A DNA stretch of 64,000 nt from contig NC_043003.1 of the NCBI RefSeq assembly GCF_006345805.1, forward strand, positions 10,106,001 through 10,170,000, given 5' to 3'. Of the stretch, positions 12,755 through 24,989 are shown one piece after another. The stretch's first letter is position 1, and every line of letters starts with the position of its first letter. The DNA is from Octopus sinensis. Its lineage: Eukaryota. The notes beneath the pieces are model-generated. The model did no database searches. It was not told the DNA's origin and saw nothing but the letters and a program-made list of their open reading frames with translations. The position numbers and the translations under genes are program-made.

Positions 12755-13020
12755 AGTGTATATTTTGTATTTTTGATTTTTGAAATTTTGATTTTGACTC
12801 TTGAACGATGAGCGCTACGATGGATTTTGTTTCCAAGCTATGCGGATCTTAATCCGTATAGCAAAGTCTTATGTTTCTACATATACATCAAGAAAAACCT
12901 TCGACTTTGTTTTCATGTTATTGTATTGTATAGGATTACCTTTATTTATATTACCTTGATTATTTATAAATGATCCAAAATAGGGTGTTATATTTTATTT
13001 TATATATCTTTCGTATATAT
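11623..13020 (+). mobile_element. 5'-truncated Penelope-like retroelement (C-terminal EN type, probably Hydra-clade-like) inserted in (TA)n
   Basis: Begins right after a TA tract; encodes RT C-terminus and GIY-YIG, followed by an AT-rich 3' UTR ending near TA-rich sequence. The clade call is recalled from motif pattern, not computed. Confidence 0.9.
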
Positions 13021-13697
13021 TTTTATTAATGCACCCATTCTTTTAAAAAAAGCAATGTTTTTTTTAAAAAAAGCAATGTTGTCAAAATTAGAATGTTGAT
13101 GTAAGTATTGTATAGCCGAGGATATGTATTTGTAAGCATTCGCATCTGTGTATGTGTAAGTGAGAGTATGTTTGTGCTTAAGCACACATATACACGACTG
13201 TATGTGTATGTATCCATTCGAACTTGTGTTTGTATACTTGTCTCCATATATGCCAATAATGCCGTTACACAGCTTGTATACATCATTTTTTCTTATTTCG
13301 TTTTTTTCCCCACCCCTCCTTCGTTCCTTTTTCTCTCTCTTCCTTTCTTTCGTCCCCCCCCTTACTCAGTATATGAGAATCGCTACATACATGATTTTTA
13401 ACTTGCGTGCGAGATGGTTTGCGTGAATATATGTACACATGCATTTATGTGTATATTTAGATTTATATTCATACGTCTGTATATGTATGGCGTTTGCGCG
13501 CATTCTTTTGTGTATGTTGATATATATATGCACATTTTAATAAAAATATGTATTGCAGTGTAATATTTATGACAGGTTTAATTTCTATGAATTAATTTAT
13601 ACTTTCTTCATTAACGTCAATATGTATTTTATTCAATGTAAGGTTTTTTCCTCGGATTTTATAATTTTTATAAGTTTTTTATATATATATACATATA

Positions 13698-13980
13698 TTT
13701 TTGACCTTTTTGTTTATCGCTCGAAGATTGACCGTTTTTTTCTAAAGGGCCAATCAAACAAGTCCATTTCTTTTTAAAGGTGTAGCGTTTGTAAGAGTCT
13801 AGATTGAATTGATATATCGGTTCCATTCTAGCAAAAACTGTCTGATGAACGGCAACGAGAAACTCAGAGTAACAGATTTTGTTGAATTTTCTGCTGTTTA
13901 AAATAAAGCATATTACTCTACCACTGGTATTTGAGTACTCTTTTTTCCACCTTGTTTCACATTTATGTGTTTACTCCGGT
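13698..13980 (+). mobile_element. Short non-coding hammerhead-bearing element between TA tracts (same family as 52479-52733)
   Basis: 13826-13980 is a near-identical reverse complement of 52479-52633; I see one substitution. Confidence 0.8.
13838..13875 (+). ncRNA. Minimal type I hammerhead ribozyme
   Basis: ctgt-CTGATGA-a-cg(gcaa)cg-a-GAAA-C-tcaga-GTA-acag: 4-bp stem I, 2-bp stem II with GNRA loop, quasi-palindromic ACTCAGAGT stem III. Confidence 0.75.
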
Positions 13981-14959
13981 ATATATATACAAATACAGAG
14001 TAAAATAAGGAGTCAGATAGAATGAGGTTCTTGTAAAGATATGTACCAGGTAGGGTTGGATAACCCTGTATTTCCAGCTAGGGTTGGATAACACTGTATA
14101 TCCCGCATTTAATAGTAATAGTATCACGCATTTAAATCCTGAATATTTGTGTGTACATGTGCCATGCGACTTTGGTGGTAATTCTAAATTAATATATAAT
14201 TATAAATATTAACTTCTGTTAGAACATCTAATCGAAGTTGAGTGTGTTGTTCACAACACATATTGAATCGAAGGTCGTGTCTGTCGCTTGCAGCTAATTT
14301 ATAAATTAATATATAATTAGGAAATCTATTCCGGTGGGATTTGAACTCAGAGTACAGCGTCGAATCTAGCTAGATACAATACGCATTCAATAGTTTTTGC
14401 TGACATATCATTCTAACCATCCTTGAGGTAAATAACGATTATTTGATTTTCACATGTGCACAATGGTTAAGATTTATAAGCAGTGGAAAAGCTCGTTCGT
14501 GCATTTTTCAAAGGACGCTAGGAAAATCAAATAACTTCTAATATAAATCAAAATGAGATCAGTCACTTGGCTTGACACACAAGGTTAGCTACCTATGCAA
14601 GCCGACAGTCGATAGTATATAATGGATTGTATGATCGTAGTGTTATGTCACACATTAGACGACATTAAAAATCAATCAAACGCAATCATCTTTTTCTTTT
14701 TAAGTAGTTAGTTATTTTTTTCAAAATGGCGGTTTTTTCCTGACATTTATCTACGCATTTAACCTGGATGGTAAAATTATACATCAGAAAATGGTGTTAC
14801 TGTTTCTTTTATTATTGCTGCTGCTGCTGCTGCGAATGCTACTACCTTCTTTGTTTTATTTTAATTTTTTGTGGTGTGTTAATTGCTTTGTTTCTTGTTG
14901 TTATATTTGTATCTTTTATTCAGGCGCTTTAGCCTTACTTTCTCTTTAAACTTTCATCT

Positions 14960-15413
14960 ACTATTATTCCATTATTCTATCTTCTTCTTCTTCTTTTTCT
15001 TCTTCTTCTCCTCCTCCTCTTCCTTCTTCTCCTTCTTCTTCCCTTTCTTCATCATCATCGAAATCATCGTCATTCTCTTTATCTCCCTATTCCTACTTTT
15101 TCTCCACCCACTCTTTCCTTTCCTCAAGTACCCCTTCTTCTCCCATCCTCCTCCTCCTCCTCTTCTTACTACTACTACTACTACTACTATTACCACCATC
15201 GCCATCATCATCATCATCATATCTTCCTCGTTATTACTATTATTATTATTATTAAAAGTAGTAGCAGTAGTTGTAATAGTAGTAGTAGTAGTTTCCTCAA
15301 GTACCCCTTCTTCTCCCATCCCCCTCCTCCTCCTCTTCTTACTACTACTACTACTACTATTACCACCATCGCCATCATATCTTCCTCGTTATTACTATTA
15401 TTATTATTATTAA

Positions 15414-15477
<64 letters not shown>

Positions 15478-15797
15478 TTGAGGAAAAAGTTCGTGTGCCG
15501 TGAGTCACCATTGAACATGACATGAACTGGACGAACACGCTCACCACAAAAATATATAAAATGCATCATTTTAACACGGAGCACAAACATTTTCCTCGGC
15601 CTAATATTATTATTATCATCATTATCATCATCATCATTATTATTACTATTATTATTATTATTATTATTTTCCGAATTCGATACTGCCCTTCCTACTTTCG
15701 GGGTCGAAAACTAAGTACCAGTTACGCACTTGGGGTTTGATGTCATTGGTTATTCCGCTCCACCAGAATTTCAGGCTTTGTGCCTATAGCAGAAATG

Positions 15798-15849
<52 letters not shown>

Positions 15850-15890
15850 TTACTACTACTACTACCACTACTATTACTATTTCTACTTAA
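14960..15890. repeat. Trinucleotide low-complexity region (CTT, CAT, CTA, TAT, TAG) with an internal tandem duplication of about 173 bp
   Basis: tcctcaagtaccccttcttctcccatcc... starts at both 15121 and 15294. Confidence 0.9.
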
Positions 15891-16570
15891 AGTTACAGGG
15901 ATCGAATTAATATTGATTTGGCCGAATAATAACCGTAAATTTTGTTGTTTTTAAAAAAACCACATTTCATTATATTGCGTTTAATAAAATACTTCTGAGA
16001 GTCTCTCAGCGTTCATGTGATAAATCATTTCTATATTCATATTTATGACCTTTTTGTACATAAATAAACAAATACAGACGTTTGTTTCGCATTGGAATAA
16101 TATTCTTTGTTTAAGATTCCATCTACAGATATTAAAATAAAATCGATTTATAGCCGAGAAAACAAAAGAAGCTTCGACTTGCTCACTTGTCAAGCTAGAA
16201 ATAGAAGACATATTTTTCGCTAGCGCACCTTGTTTTCTTTAAAGGTGAAGGTCATATTGCATAATGTAATTTTTTTATGTGCTTCGGGTATTGGATTTCT
16301 GCCTTGATGAGTTTAATCGAAAGAATGAACCTCATGTATTTAAGTCAGCCTCTTATGCTCGCGGTGTCTTTTACCAGACCGTTAGATGAGGTGACGTAAA
16401 TAAACCAACACCGGTTTCCAAGCGGTGCAGTAGACAAAGACACACACGGATACATACATACACGCATACAGACACACACACACAAACACACACAAATACA
16501 TATATATATACACATATATACATATACGTACGTACACACAGATACACAGACACACACACACATATATATA

Positions 16571-16727
16571 GTTGAAATTTACAGATAAACAAAAGAAGAA
16601 GACAGGTGTAGGAACAACAATCAGGTGTATTAGATTAACGCTTGGGAAGGATGTAAAATTCTTTTACGTTTCGAACCTATGCCCTTCGACAGAAAGGATT
16701 AAGAGGAAAAGAAAACGGAGAGAGAAA

Positions 16728-16732
<5 letters not shown>
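16571..16732 (-). mobile_element. TA-embedded short repeat (second copy at about 52295-52440) carrying a hammerhead-like variant
   Basis: Both copies share gaaatttacaga...caggtgta...gtgtattag...cttttaygtttcga.cctaygc.ctt and both lie between TA tracts. Confidence 0.7.
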
Positions 16733-16799
<67 letters not shown>

Positions 16800-17025
16800 G
16801 GTTGACCAAAAGTCCCCCGACAGTAAATCAAAATTCCCGAAATACTATTATCCAATTTATTCTTCCATTTTTAATTACAGGTTGTGGTTTTAGGGGAGGT
16901 TTTGCTGCTATTTCTAGCAGATTGTTTGACCACGAAAATGGTCTATCGTTGGCTCAACTTCCATGTGTAATTGCATTATGTAGGAAAGATCGTATTCAAA
17001 TTAGATTTATTTCAGATATCACTCA

Positions 17026-17280
17026 GTGAAGGCGCATGGCTTAGTGGTTAGTGCGACGCATGGTCGTAAAATTGCGGTTTCGATTCCTGGACCAGGCACT
17101 GCATTGTGTTCTTGTGTAAAACACTGTATTCCACATTGCTCAGTCCACTCAGCTGGCAAAAATCATTAATCGCATCACGGACCGATATCTCACCTAGGGA
17201 GGAATGCTCGGGCCAACGAAACCGGAAAATCGACCTTAAGAGTTTATATAACTCGTAAGAGGTCATCCACACCAACTCCT
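17026..17280 (+). mobile_element. Degenerate tRNA-derived SINE (family C/D, CORE-like plus V-like tail)
   Basis: GTGAAGGCGCATGGCTTAGTGGTTAG A-box, GGTTTCGATTCC B-box; tail resembles 22424-22728. Confidence 0.65.
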
Positions 17281-17411
17281 TCCTCTTCTTTTTTATCCCC
17301 CTCTTCATCATCATCATCTTGTTTTTCACCACCCTCCTCTTCCTCTTCCTTTTCTTCATTTTCCCCTTCGTTTTTCTCCGCTTTGTTCCTCTTTTAGAGT
17401 TCATTATCTAT

Positions 17412-17641
17412 TCCTTTACTACCCACAAGGGGCTAAACATAGAAGAGACAAACAAGGACAGACAAACGGATTAAGTCAATTACATCGACTCCAGTGTGTA
17501 ATTGGTACTTAATTTATCGACCCCGAAAGGATGAAAGGCAAAGTCGACCTCGGCGGAATTTGAACACGGAACGTAACGGCAGACGAAATACGGCTACGCA
17601 TTTCGCCCGGTGTGCTACCGTTTCTGCCAGTTCGCCACCTT
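17412..17641 (-). mobile_element. Full-length family B SINE (tail type 2)
   Basis: Complete head, Meta domain and CCCCTTGTGGGTAGTAAAG tail. Confidence 0.85.
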
Positions 17642-18017
17642 TAGAGTTCATTATCCTCTCCCTACCCTTCCGTTCCGTCTCCATCCCGACCATTCTCCTC
17701 CTGTCTGTTTCCATAATGTCTTTACTCAGTCATTTATATTACTAATTTTATACACAAATGCCTCGTTAACTGTTACATTTTAAACATTTCAAATATTAAA
17801 CTTTACATTATAATTACTTAAATCTCGGAATAGCCGTATAGAATCCCCATTTTCACCAAAGTATAAAACATGGAACGAGCTAAATGAGATTTTTTTATGA
17901 ATTACAGACTATAGAATCCGGGAATGTATAACAATACAATGAGATCTCCGTTCAAATGGTTTTATTTTTATTAAGCTTATTTTACATAATGAGTGCTTAT
18001 TGTTACATTCTGTCTGT

Positions 18018-18865
18018 GCACATACATACATACATGCATACACATGTACGTACATACATGAATATATCCGTACATACATACATGCATAAATACATACGTA
18101 CGTACATACATGCATACATACGTACGTACATACATAAATAAATACATACGTACGTACATACATATATACGTACGCACATACATACATATATACATACGTA
18201 CTACATACATACATTCGTACATGCATGCATACATACATATACGTACACACATACGTACGTACATACGTACATACATGCACAGCTACATATATACATCCAT
18301 ACATAAATAGGTACGTACATACATACACACCTACATACATACCTATATACATACCTACATACCTACATACGTACATACACACATACCTACATACGTACGT
18401 ACATACATACATGTATGCATACCTACACATTCACATACATACGTACGGACGGACATACATACATACATACATACATATTTACATACATACATACGTACGT
18501 ACATACATACATACATACATACATACATACATACATACATACATACATACATACATACATACATACATGCGTACACAAATGCATGCATACAAGTATACGT
18601 ACATAAATACGTTCGTACATAAATATAGATATATATTTTAAAGCATGAATGTATTATATATACGCATGCATGTAACTTTATATACACAATCACACAAACA
18701 TTCATATCGAAATACACATCCACATCAATACGCATAGGAAATGCACAATAAATGGTATGCACACCTACACACATATACACACATATACACTCATACACAT
18801 GCACGCTTATATGTTTGTGTGTATATATGTAAGTAGACATTTGACGCATATATACATACATACAT

Positions 18866-18902
<37 letters not shown>

Positions 18903-18958
18903 ATGTATATATATATATATACATTATATATATATTATATATATATATATATATACAT

Positions 18959-18990
<32 letters not shown>

Positions 18991-19009
18991 TTATATACAT
19001 ATTATATAT

Positions 19010-19062
<53 letters not shown>
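18018..19062. repeat. Long (CATA/CGTA)n then (TG)n/(TA)n microsatellite block
   Basis: Direct inspection. Confidence 0.95.
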
Positions 19063-19065
<3 letters not shown>

Positions 19066-19925
19066 ACGTTTGTGTGGGTATAAATTTAGACTACATGAAA
19101 AATACAAATTAATTTTCTATAAGCGAATATGTACAAGGTAGTTGATACTATTTTAGGCTAAAATAGCCGGTCTCAAATCTTCAGTAGTTTATGAGTGTCG
19201 TGCCATATTATGCGACGTTACCTAGCTTCTAGAAACGCATCTATATAAATCTATATATAATTTAACGGTAGATGGTAGTCTCCTACTAATGTAGAATTGA
19301 AGTAGTATTCGGATGTTGTTACAGATAGCCAACCTTCTTTGGAGGCAGTCTGCAAATTTTGTCAGTAATATCGATTTTATAGACGCAGTCTGTAATTGCT
19401 TTTGGTAGTATTGATATTATTAACATATTTTCTGTCTATATCTGCGGGAAGCAAGCGCAAGATGTAGTTCACGCTGTTTAGCAGTCAGTTCTGCTAGACT
19501 CTTATTAAGTAATAACAGGAAATGTCCTTCGGATATGGGAATTAATAAACGTAATATGGGCTGATACTAATACTAATATAATAAGGATTTGACATCAAAT
19601 AAACAAGTGTGGGCTAAGAAATGGAGATTCTAGTGAATACATTGGACAATATGGGGGTGTCTTCTTCGTTTTCTTATTCTTCAAATATTCACAACCGAAA
19701 AGCGTTTCGGAAATGCTGCACCAGAAATATCTGTCCCTCAACTAGATTTTGTAGGTCTTCGGTTTTTCTTTAGTGCCTCTCACGATAGCATCAATGTAAG
19801 TTTAGAGCCTTTGTCTATTATCATGACATGTGAGTCTTCAAAATATAACATCACATATGACTTGTGCATGAAAATACTGGCCGTTCAAACTTAGACCGTA
19901 TTGAGCAACGATATTAGAGATGGGT

Positions 19926-20159
19926 AAGGCGGCGAGCTGGCAGAGACGTTAGCACACCGGACGAAATGCTTAGCGGTACTTCGTCTGCCGCAACGTTCTG
20001 AGTTCAAATTCTGCCGAGGTCGACTTTGACTTTCATCCTTTCGGGGTCGATTGAATAAGTACCAGTTACGCACTGGGGTTGATATAATCGACTTAATCCG
20101 TTTGTCTGTCCTTCTTTGTCCCCTCTGTGTTTAGCCCCTTGTGAGTAGTAAAGAATTAG
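19926..20159 (+). mobile_element. Full-length family B SINE with 15-bp target-site duplication
   Basis: TSD atattagagatgggt at 19911-19925 and 20160-20174. Confidence 0.9.
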
Positions 20160-20504
20160 ATATTAGAGATGGGTGGAATGTAGAAGCTACCAATAAATCG
20201 CCTCTTTGGTCTTTTGGTGTTTACATGAGATATTTCGAGCCCTTATGAGAATGTTATATTATTATCAAGGTGATTTTGAGATGCTAGTGGGTATTTTGAG
20301 CGGAATAGGGGAATCTAACATTCCATAATTCCATGAATGTAAATAGTTCTCACCTGGATTCAGTTATTAAAATAATCTCCTTTCACTTGGGTCACTGATA
20401 CCTCTAAAAACGTCAAGAACATCACAAGAACCGTATATCCCATGATGATAATTACACAAAGATAATTAGTCATCGAGGAATGTCCTAGTGAATCGAATAT
20501 TCTT

Positions 20505-21022
20505 TTATTCTCTTATTCTTTTACTTGTTGCAGATATTTGACTGCGGCGATGCTGGAGCACCACCTTTAGTCGAACAAATCGACCCTGGGGCGTATTCTT
20601 TGTAAGCCTAGTACTTATTCTATCGATTTCTTTTACTGAACCGCTAAGATAAGGGGACGTAAACACACCAACATCACTTGTCAAGCAACTGTAGGACAAA
20701 CACAGACACACAAATACATACATATATATATATACATATATATACACATATATATATACACATATATATACATACATATATATACATATATATACACACA
20801 TATATATACACATATATATACATACATATATATATACATATATATAAGTATATATATACATACATACATACATATATATACATACATACATATATGTACA
20901 TACATACATATATATATACATATATATATACATACATACATATATACATACATATATATATACATACATATATACATGCATACATATATACATACATATA
21001 TATATACATACATATATACATG

Positions 21023-21058
<36 letters not shown>

Positions 21059-21189
21059 CATACATATATATATATACATATATATATACATATATACATA
21101 TATATATACACATATACATATATATATACATACATATATACATATATACATACATACATATAATATACATACATACATATATACATACA

Positions 21190-21272
<83 letters not shown>

Positions 21273-21436
21273 GACGGGCTTCTTTAAGTTTCCGTCTACC
21301 AAATCCACTTACAAGGCTTTGGTCGTAACGAGGCTATAGTAGAAGGCATTTATCCAAGACGCCACGCAGTGGGACTGAACCCGGAACCGTGTGGGCGAGA
21401 AATAAGCTTCTTACCACACAGCCGCTACCGCGCCTA
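20505..21436 (-). mobile_element. Full-length family A SINE with internal microsatellite expanded to about 560 bp
   Basis: Both SINE halves flank a (TA/CATA)n tract at 20712-21270. Confidence 0.85.
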
Positions 21437-21677
21437 CATGGTCATAACTACTTCACAGATTTTCAAATATATATATAGATAATGGTTTCCATTTTTTTCA
21501 CAAGACCAGCTACTTTAGGTGATAATAATAGTTACAATCCTTTCCGTTAGGCAGCAGTGAGCTGGCAGAATTATTAACAAGTCAAGGAATACATTTAATG
21601 ACATTGTTTCCCGCTCTCTATGTTCTGAGTTCAAATTCCGCCGAAGTTAACTATCATCCTTTCGGAGTTGATAAAAT

Positions 21678-22004
21678 GGAGCACTTCGTCGGTTGCGAGG
21701 ACGAGGGTCCCAGCTGATACAATCAACCGGACAGCTTGCTCGTGAAATTAACGTGCAAGTGGCTGACCACTCCACAAACACGTGTACCCTTAACATTGTT
21801 CTCGGGGAGATTCAGCGTGACACAGAGTGTGACAAGGCTGGCCCTTTTGAAATACAGGTACTACTCATTTTTGCCAGGTGAGTAGACAGGAGCAACGTGA
21901 AATAAAGTGTCTTGCTCAAGGACACAGCGCGCCGCCGGGAATTGAACTCACGTACTTACGATCATGAGCCGAATGCCCCTAACAACTAAACCACGCGCCT
22001 TCAC
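21678..22004 (-). mobile_element. tRNA-derived SINE (family D; related fragments at about 5780-5965, 50118-50228 and 51500-51745)
   Basis: Minus strand GTGAAGGCGCGTGG..., B-box GAGTTCAATTCC, CORE-like GTGTCCTTGAGCAAGACACTT. Confidence 0.7.
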
Positions 22005-22140
22005 ATTTGATAAAATAAAGAGCCCATAAATTACCTGATTCGATGGAGTGGACTGATGCATCTCTTTAAAGTGGACGACCTTAAACCATGCAATGAACCG
22101 GCGTCCTTTTCGGTGAGGATGTTGTTTTCTTGGTCATTTG

Positions 22141-22817
22141 CACGCCATGGAAGCAAGCAAGTCGGTATTATTAGCTGTAATGCTGAAGGAAAGGTTTTTA
22201 AAAATCTTTTCTATAATAAGAGAAGTAAATAAAAAGTACGATTCTAGTCGGCTTGTGGGCCGGTTTCTATTCTCACTGAAACAATATCTTTCGACTTTCA
22301 CAGCCTCCCTTTCAGTGGGGATGTTGTGTTTTTAGTCAATTACACGCCTGGACACAAGCAAGTCGGTATTATGAGCCATAATGCTGAAGGAAAGGTTTTT
22401 AAAATCCTTTCTAAAATAAGAGAGTGGAGGCACATGGCCTAGTGTTAAAAGCAGCGGACTCGCGGTCGAGGGATCGCGGGTTCGAATCTCAGACCGGGCG
22501 ATGTGTGTGTTTATGAGCGAAACATCTGAGCTCCATGCGGCTCCGGCAGAAGCTAATGGCGAACTTCTGCTGACTCCTTTCGCCACAACTTTCTCTCACT
22601 CTTTCCTCCTGCATCTTGCAGCTTACCTGCGACAGACCGGCGTCCCGTCCAGGTGGGGAACCTATACGCCAAGGAAACCTTGAAACCGACCCTAATGAGC
22701 CAGGCGTGGATCGAGAAGGAACAAACAACTATAATAAGAGAAGTTGAATAAAAAGTACGATTCTAGTCGACTTGCGGGCCGGTTTCTATTCTCACTGAAA
22801 CAATAACTTTCAACTTT
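22141..22817 (+). repeat. Local duplication of about 160 bp, with the second copy split by a SINE
   Basis: 22141-22298 matches 22343-22423 plus 22742-22817. Confidence 0.85.
22424..22728 (+). mobile_element. Full-length V-domain-like tRNA-derived SINE (family C) with 13-bp TSD
   Basis: A/B boxes (TGGCCTAGTG, GGTTCGAATC), GACCGGCGTCCCGTCCAGG V-like motif; TSD cta(a/t)aataagaga at 22411-22423 and 22729-22741. Confidence 0.85.
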
Positions 22818-23618
22818 TGCTGCAACTGCCCCAGATAAAATTGCGAGGGCGTCCTATGTTTGCTTCTAGATGTGTAGAGAAGGTTTTTACTATCTTCAAA
22901 AATCCAATAACATTATGCAATCAAATTGCAATTTTCAAGGGAGGAGGTAGCAATAAGAAGTCATTACGTTCTTGTTTTACTCAAAGGGAAAAACATTTAA
23001 TTGAGACTCATGCCCTGTTATTACATTCCATTCATGAAATATCTAACTGCAGCTGGAAAGGAAGTACGTTAACGCTGCCTAAATTTAACTGGAATGGGAT
23101 AGAATTATAATTATTAATCAGAATGCATTTATAATTGGAGTCTACATAATTATACTTCGACGCTTGCATATTAATCATTTTTATATTCGTACATATTTTA
23201 GCTTTATACGGAATTGGAATTTAGGGAGCTCGGTTTTCGTATATTTGTCACGAATAACATTGATAGCACCTGAAATTTTAAAACGAACAGGCATGGTTGT
23301 GTTGTCAAGAAGCTCGCTTTCCAGCGGCCACTCAGTTTCTGGGTTCAGTCCCACCACGGGTAATTACATTTTACTATAGCCCCACGCCGATTAATAACAT
23401 GTGAGTGAATTTTGTAATAGAAACTCGATTGAATCCCTTCGAATACACGTCTGCGTTTGTGATTTACCCCACTATCCCCTGACAGCCGGCAGGAAGCAGA
23501 CGACAAAGTACCAGTCGTAAAAACAATGAGGACTGTTGTTGATTTGTTCAATTAAAATCCTTCCAAAGGCAGTGCCCCAGCATGGCCACGGTCCAACGAC
23601 TGAAACAAATAAGAACTA

Positions 23619-24915
23619 TTGGGTTGAAAACTAAGTTCCCGCAGTCTTAATTAAATTTTTTTTAAAGGTTTAATAAAAAATAACAACTAATTAATCAATT
23701 GAAAATGTATTCACCCTTGTTGTTTACAACTTCTTCCCAACGTTCAACAAGATTTTCAATACCTCGTTGGTAGAAACAACCCGATTTCGACTCGAAAAAT
23801 TGATATAACCAAGCTCTCAATTCTGCATCGGTAGTGAACGAAACTCCGCGCATAGCATTTGAAAGAGATCGAAAGAGGTGGAAATCTGTTGGCGCCAAAT
23901 CAGGAGAGTACGGCGGGTGTGGAAGCACTTCCCAGCCATGCGTTTGAATGGCTTCCTTGGTCATATTGGCAATATGAGGGCGGGCGTTGTCGTGCAGCAG
24001 AAGAACTCCATGCTGCCGATTAGGTCTTTTCTCTTGAATAGCCGTGTTGAGTCCTTCCATCTGTTGAACATAGAGTTCCGAGCTGACCGTTTGGTTTCGT
24101 TCAAGCCATTCGTAATGGATAATCCCTTCCCAGTCCCACCATACGCACAACATCGTTTTACGCGGATGAATATCTTGTTTCACGCGCGGTGTCGCTTGTT
24201 TACCGGGGCTAAACCATTCCTTACGCTGCTTCATATTGATGTACAGGCATCAGTTTTCGTCGCCAGTAACGATTCAGTAAAGAAATCGTTGCTTGTGTCA
24301 ATAAGTTGAGCGGTAACGAGCAAGCAAACCAGCGGAGATTGTGGTTCGTTGATTTTTGTTGTTGTCACTTAAAGCATGCGGAACCCGTGCTCCATACTTC
24401 TGAGTCTTTCCCATCGAGTGAAGATGCTTTTCTATCGCAGTGTGGGAGCATTCCATTTTCCCTGCCAGTTCCCTTGTCGTTTGACGAGAATTTTGGTGAA
24501 AAAGTTAGTTCAATCGCTCCTCATCGAACTCAACTGGACGGTCAGAACGAGGTGCATCTTTGACGTAAAAATTTCCATTTTTGAACTTGGCATATCAATA
24601 GCGAGCGGTCCTTTCAGTTATGGCACCCTCTCCATACACAACACAAATGTCGCGAGCAGCTTTTGCGGCCTTAGAACCGTGATTAAAAGCAAAAAGAAGG
24701 AGGTGTCGAAAATGCTCGTTTTCCTTAACTTGATATTCCATTTTAATGATCTGAAATTAAACAAAAATAAACAAAAATTAACTAGAAAAAAAGAAACAAA
24801 ATAGATTCCAAAATGATTCAAAGATAATATTCTCGAAAAAAATAGGTTGCAAAATTTAAAAATGCAATTAAGTCCAAAATTTAAAAAAACGGCGGGAATT
24901 TACTTGCCAACGCAA
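23619..24915 (-). mobile_element. Full-length mariner (DD34D) transposon, about 1.3 kb, with imperfect TIRs and TA target duplication
   Basis: Left end TA|ttgggttgaaaactaagttcccgcagt; right end (reverse complement) TA|ttgcgttggcaagtaaattcccgccgt; encloses a transposase reading frame. Confidence 0.92.
23695..24741 (-). pseudogene. Mariner transposase, 349 codons in one frame, with 5 premature stops in the N-terminal half
   Basis: MEYQVKENEHFRHLLLF...PRSDRP...GARVPHAL...IVTGDEN...HDNARPH...YSPDLAPTDFHLF...RWEEVVNNKGEY; 34 residues between the second and third Asp. Confidence 0.92.
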
Positions 24916-24989
24916 TATAAGAGGTATCACCAAAATATTCGAACCTTTCATATTAGGTTAAATTAAATATGAAACTCCTCTTCACAATA

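Noticed and set aside
14051-14103. Short tandem duplications (28-bp period here; others at 13041-13080, 37690-37712, 47226-47273)
   Set aside because: Ordinary slippage duplications with no evidence of function.
19150-20500. Non-repetitive stretch that might be a decayed coding sequence
   Set aside because: Stops occur in the frames I translated and I could identify no motif; tBLASTx would be needed.
17909-21308. Long ORFs rich in Y/I/M/C/V/H/T (also at 8-9.8 kb, 29-30.5 kb, 52 kb, 57 kb)
   Set aside because: They are translations of (TA)n/(CA)n/(CATA)n microsatellites, which lack stop codons; no protein-like sequence.
22424-22500. tRNA genes at SINE heads (also 17026, 37390-37466 and family A/B heads)
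   Set aside because: A and B boxes are present, but there is no proper acceptor or anticodon stem, and each head continues into a SINE body; the family C copies also have TSDs.
23695-24741. TGA recoding (Trp or selenocysteine) of the mariner ORF, since 4 of the 5 stops are TGA
   Set aside because: One stop is TAA, and each stop is one substitution from a plausible sense codon (TGG, CGA, GGA, CAA), which fits ordinary decay.
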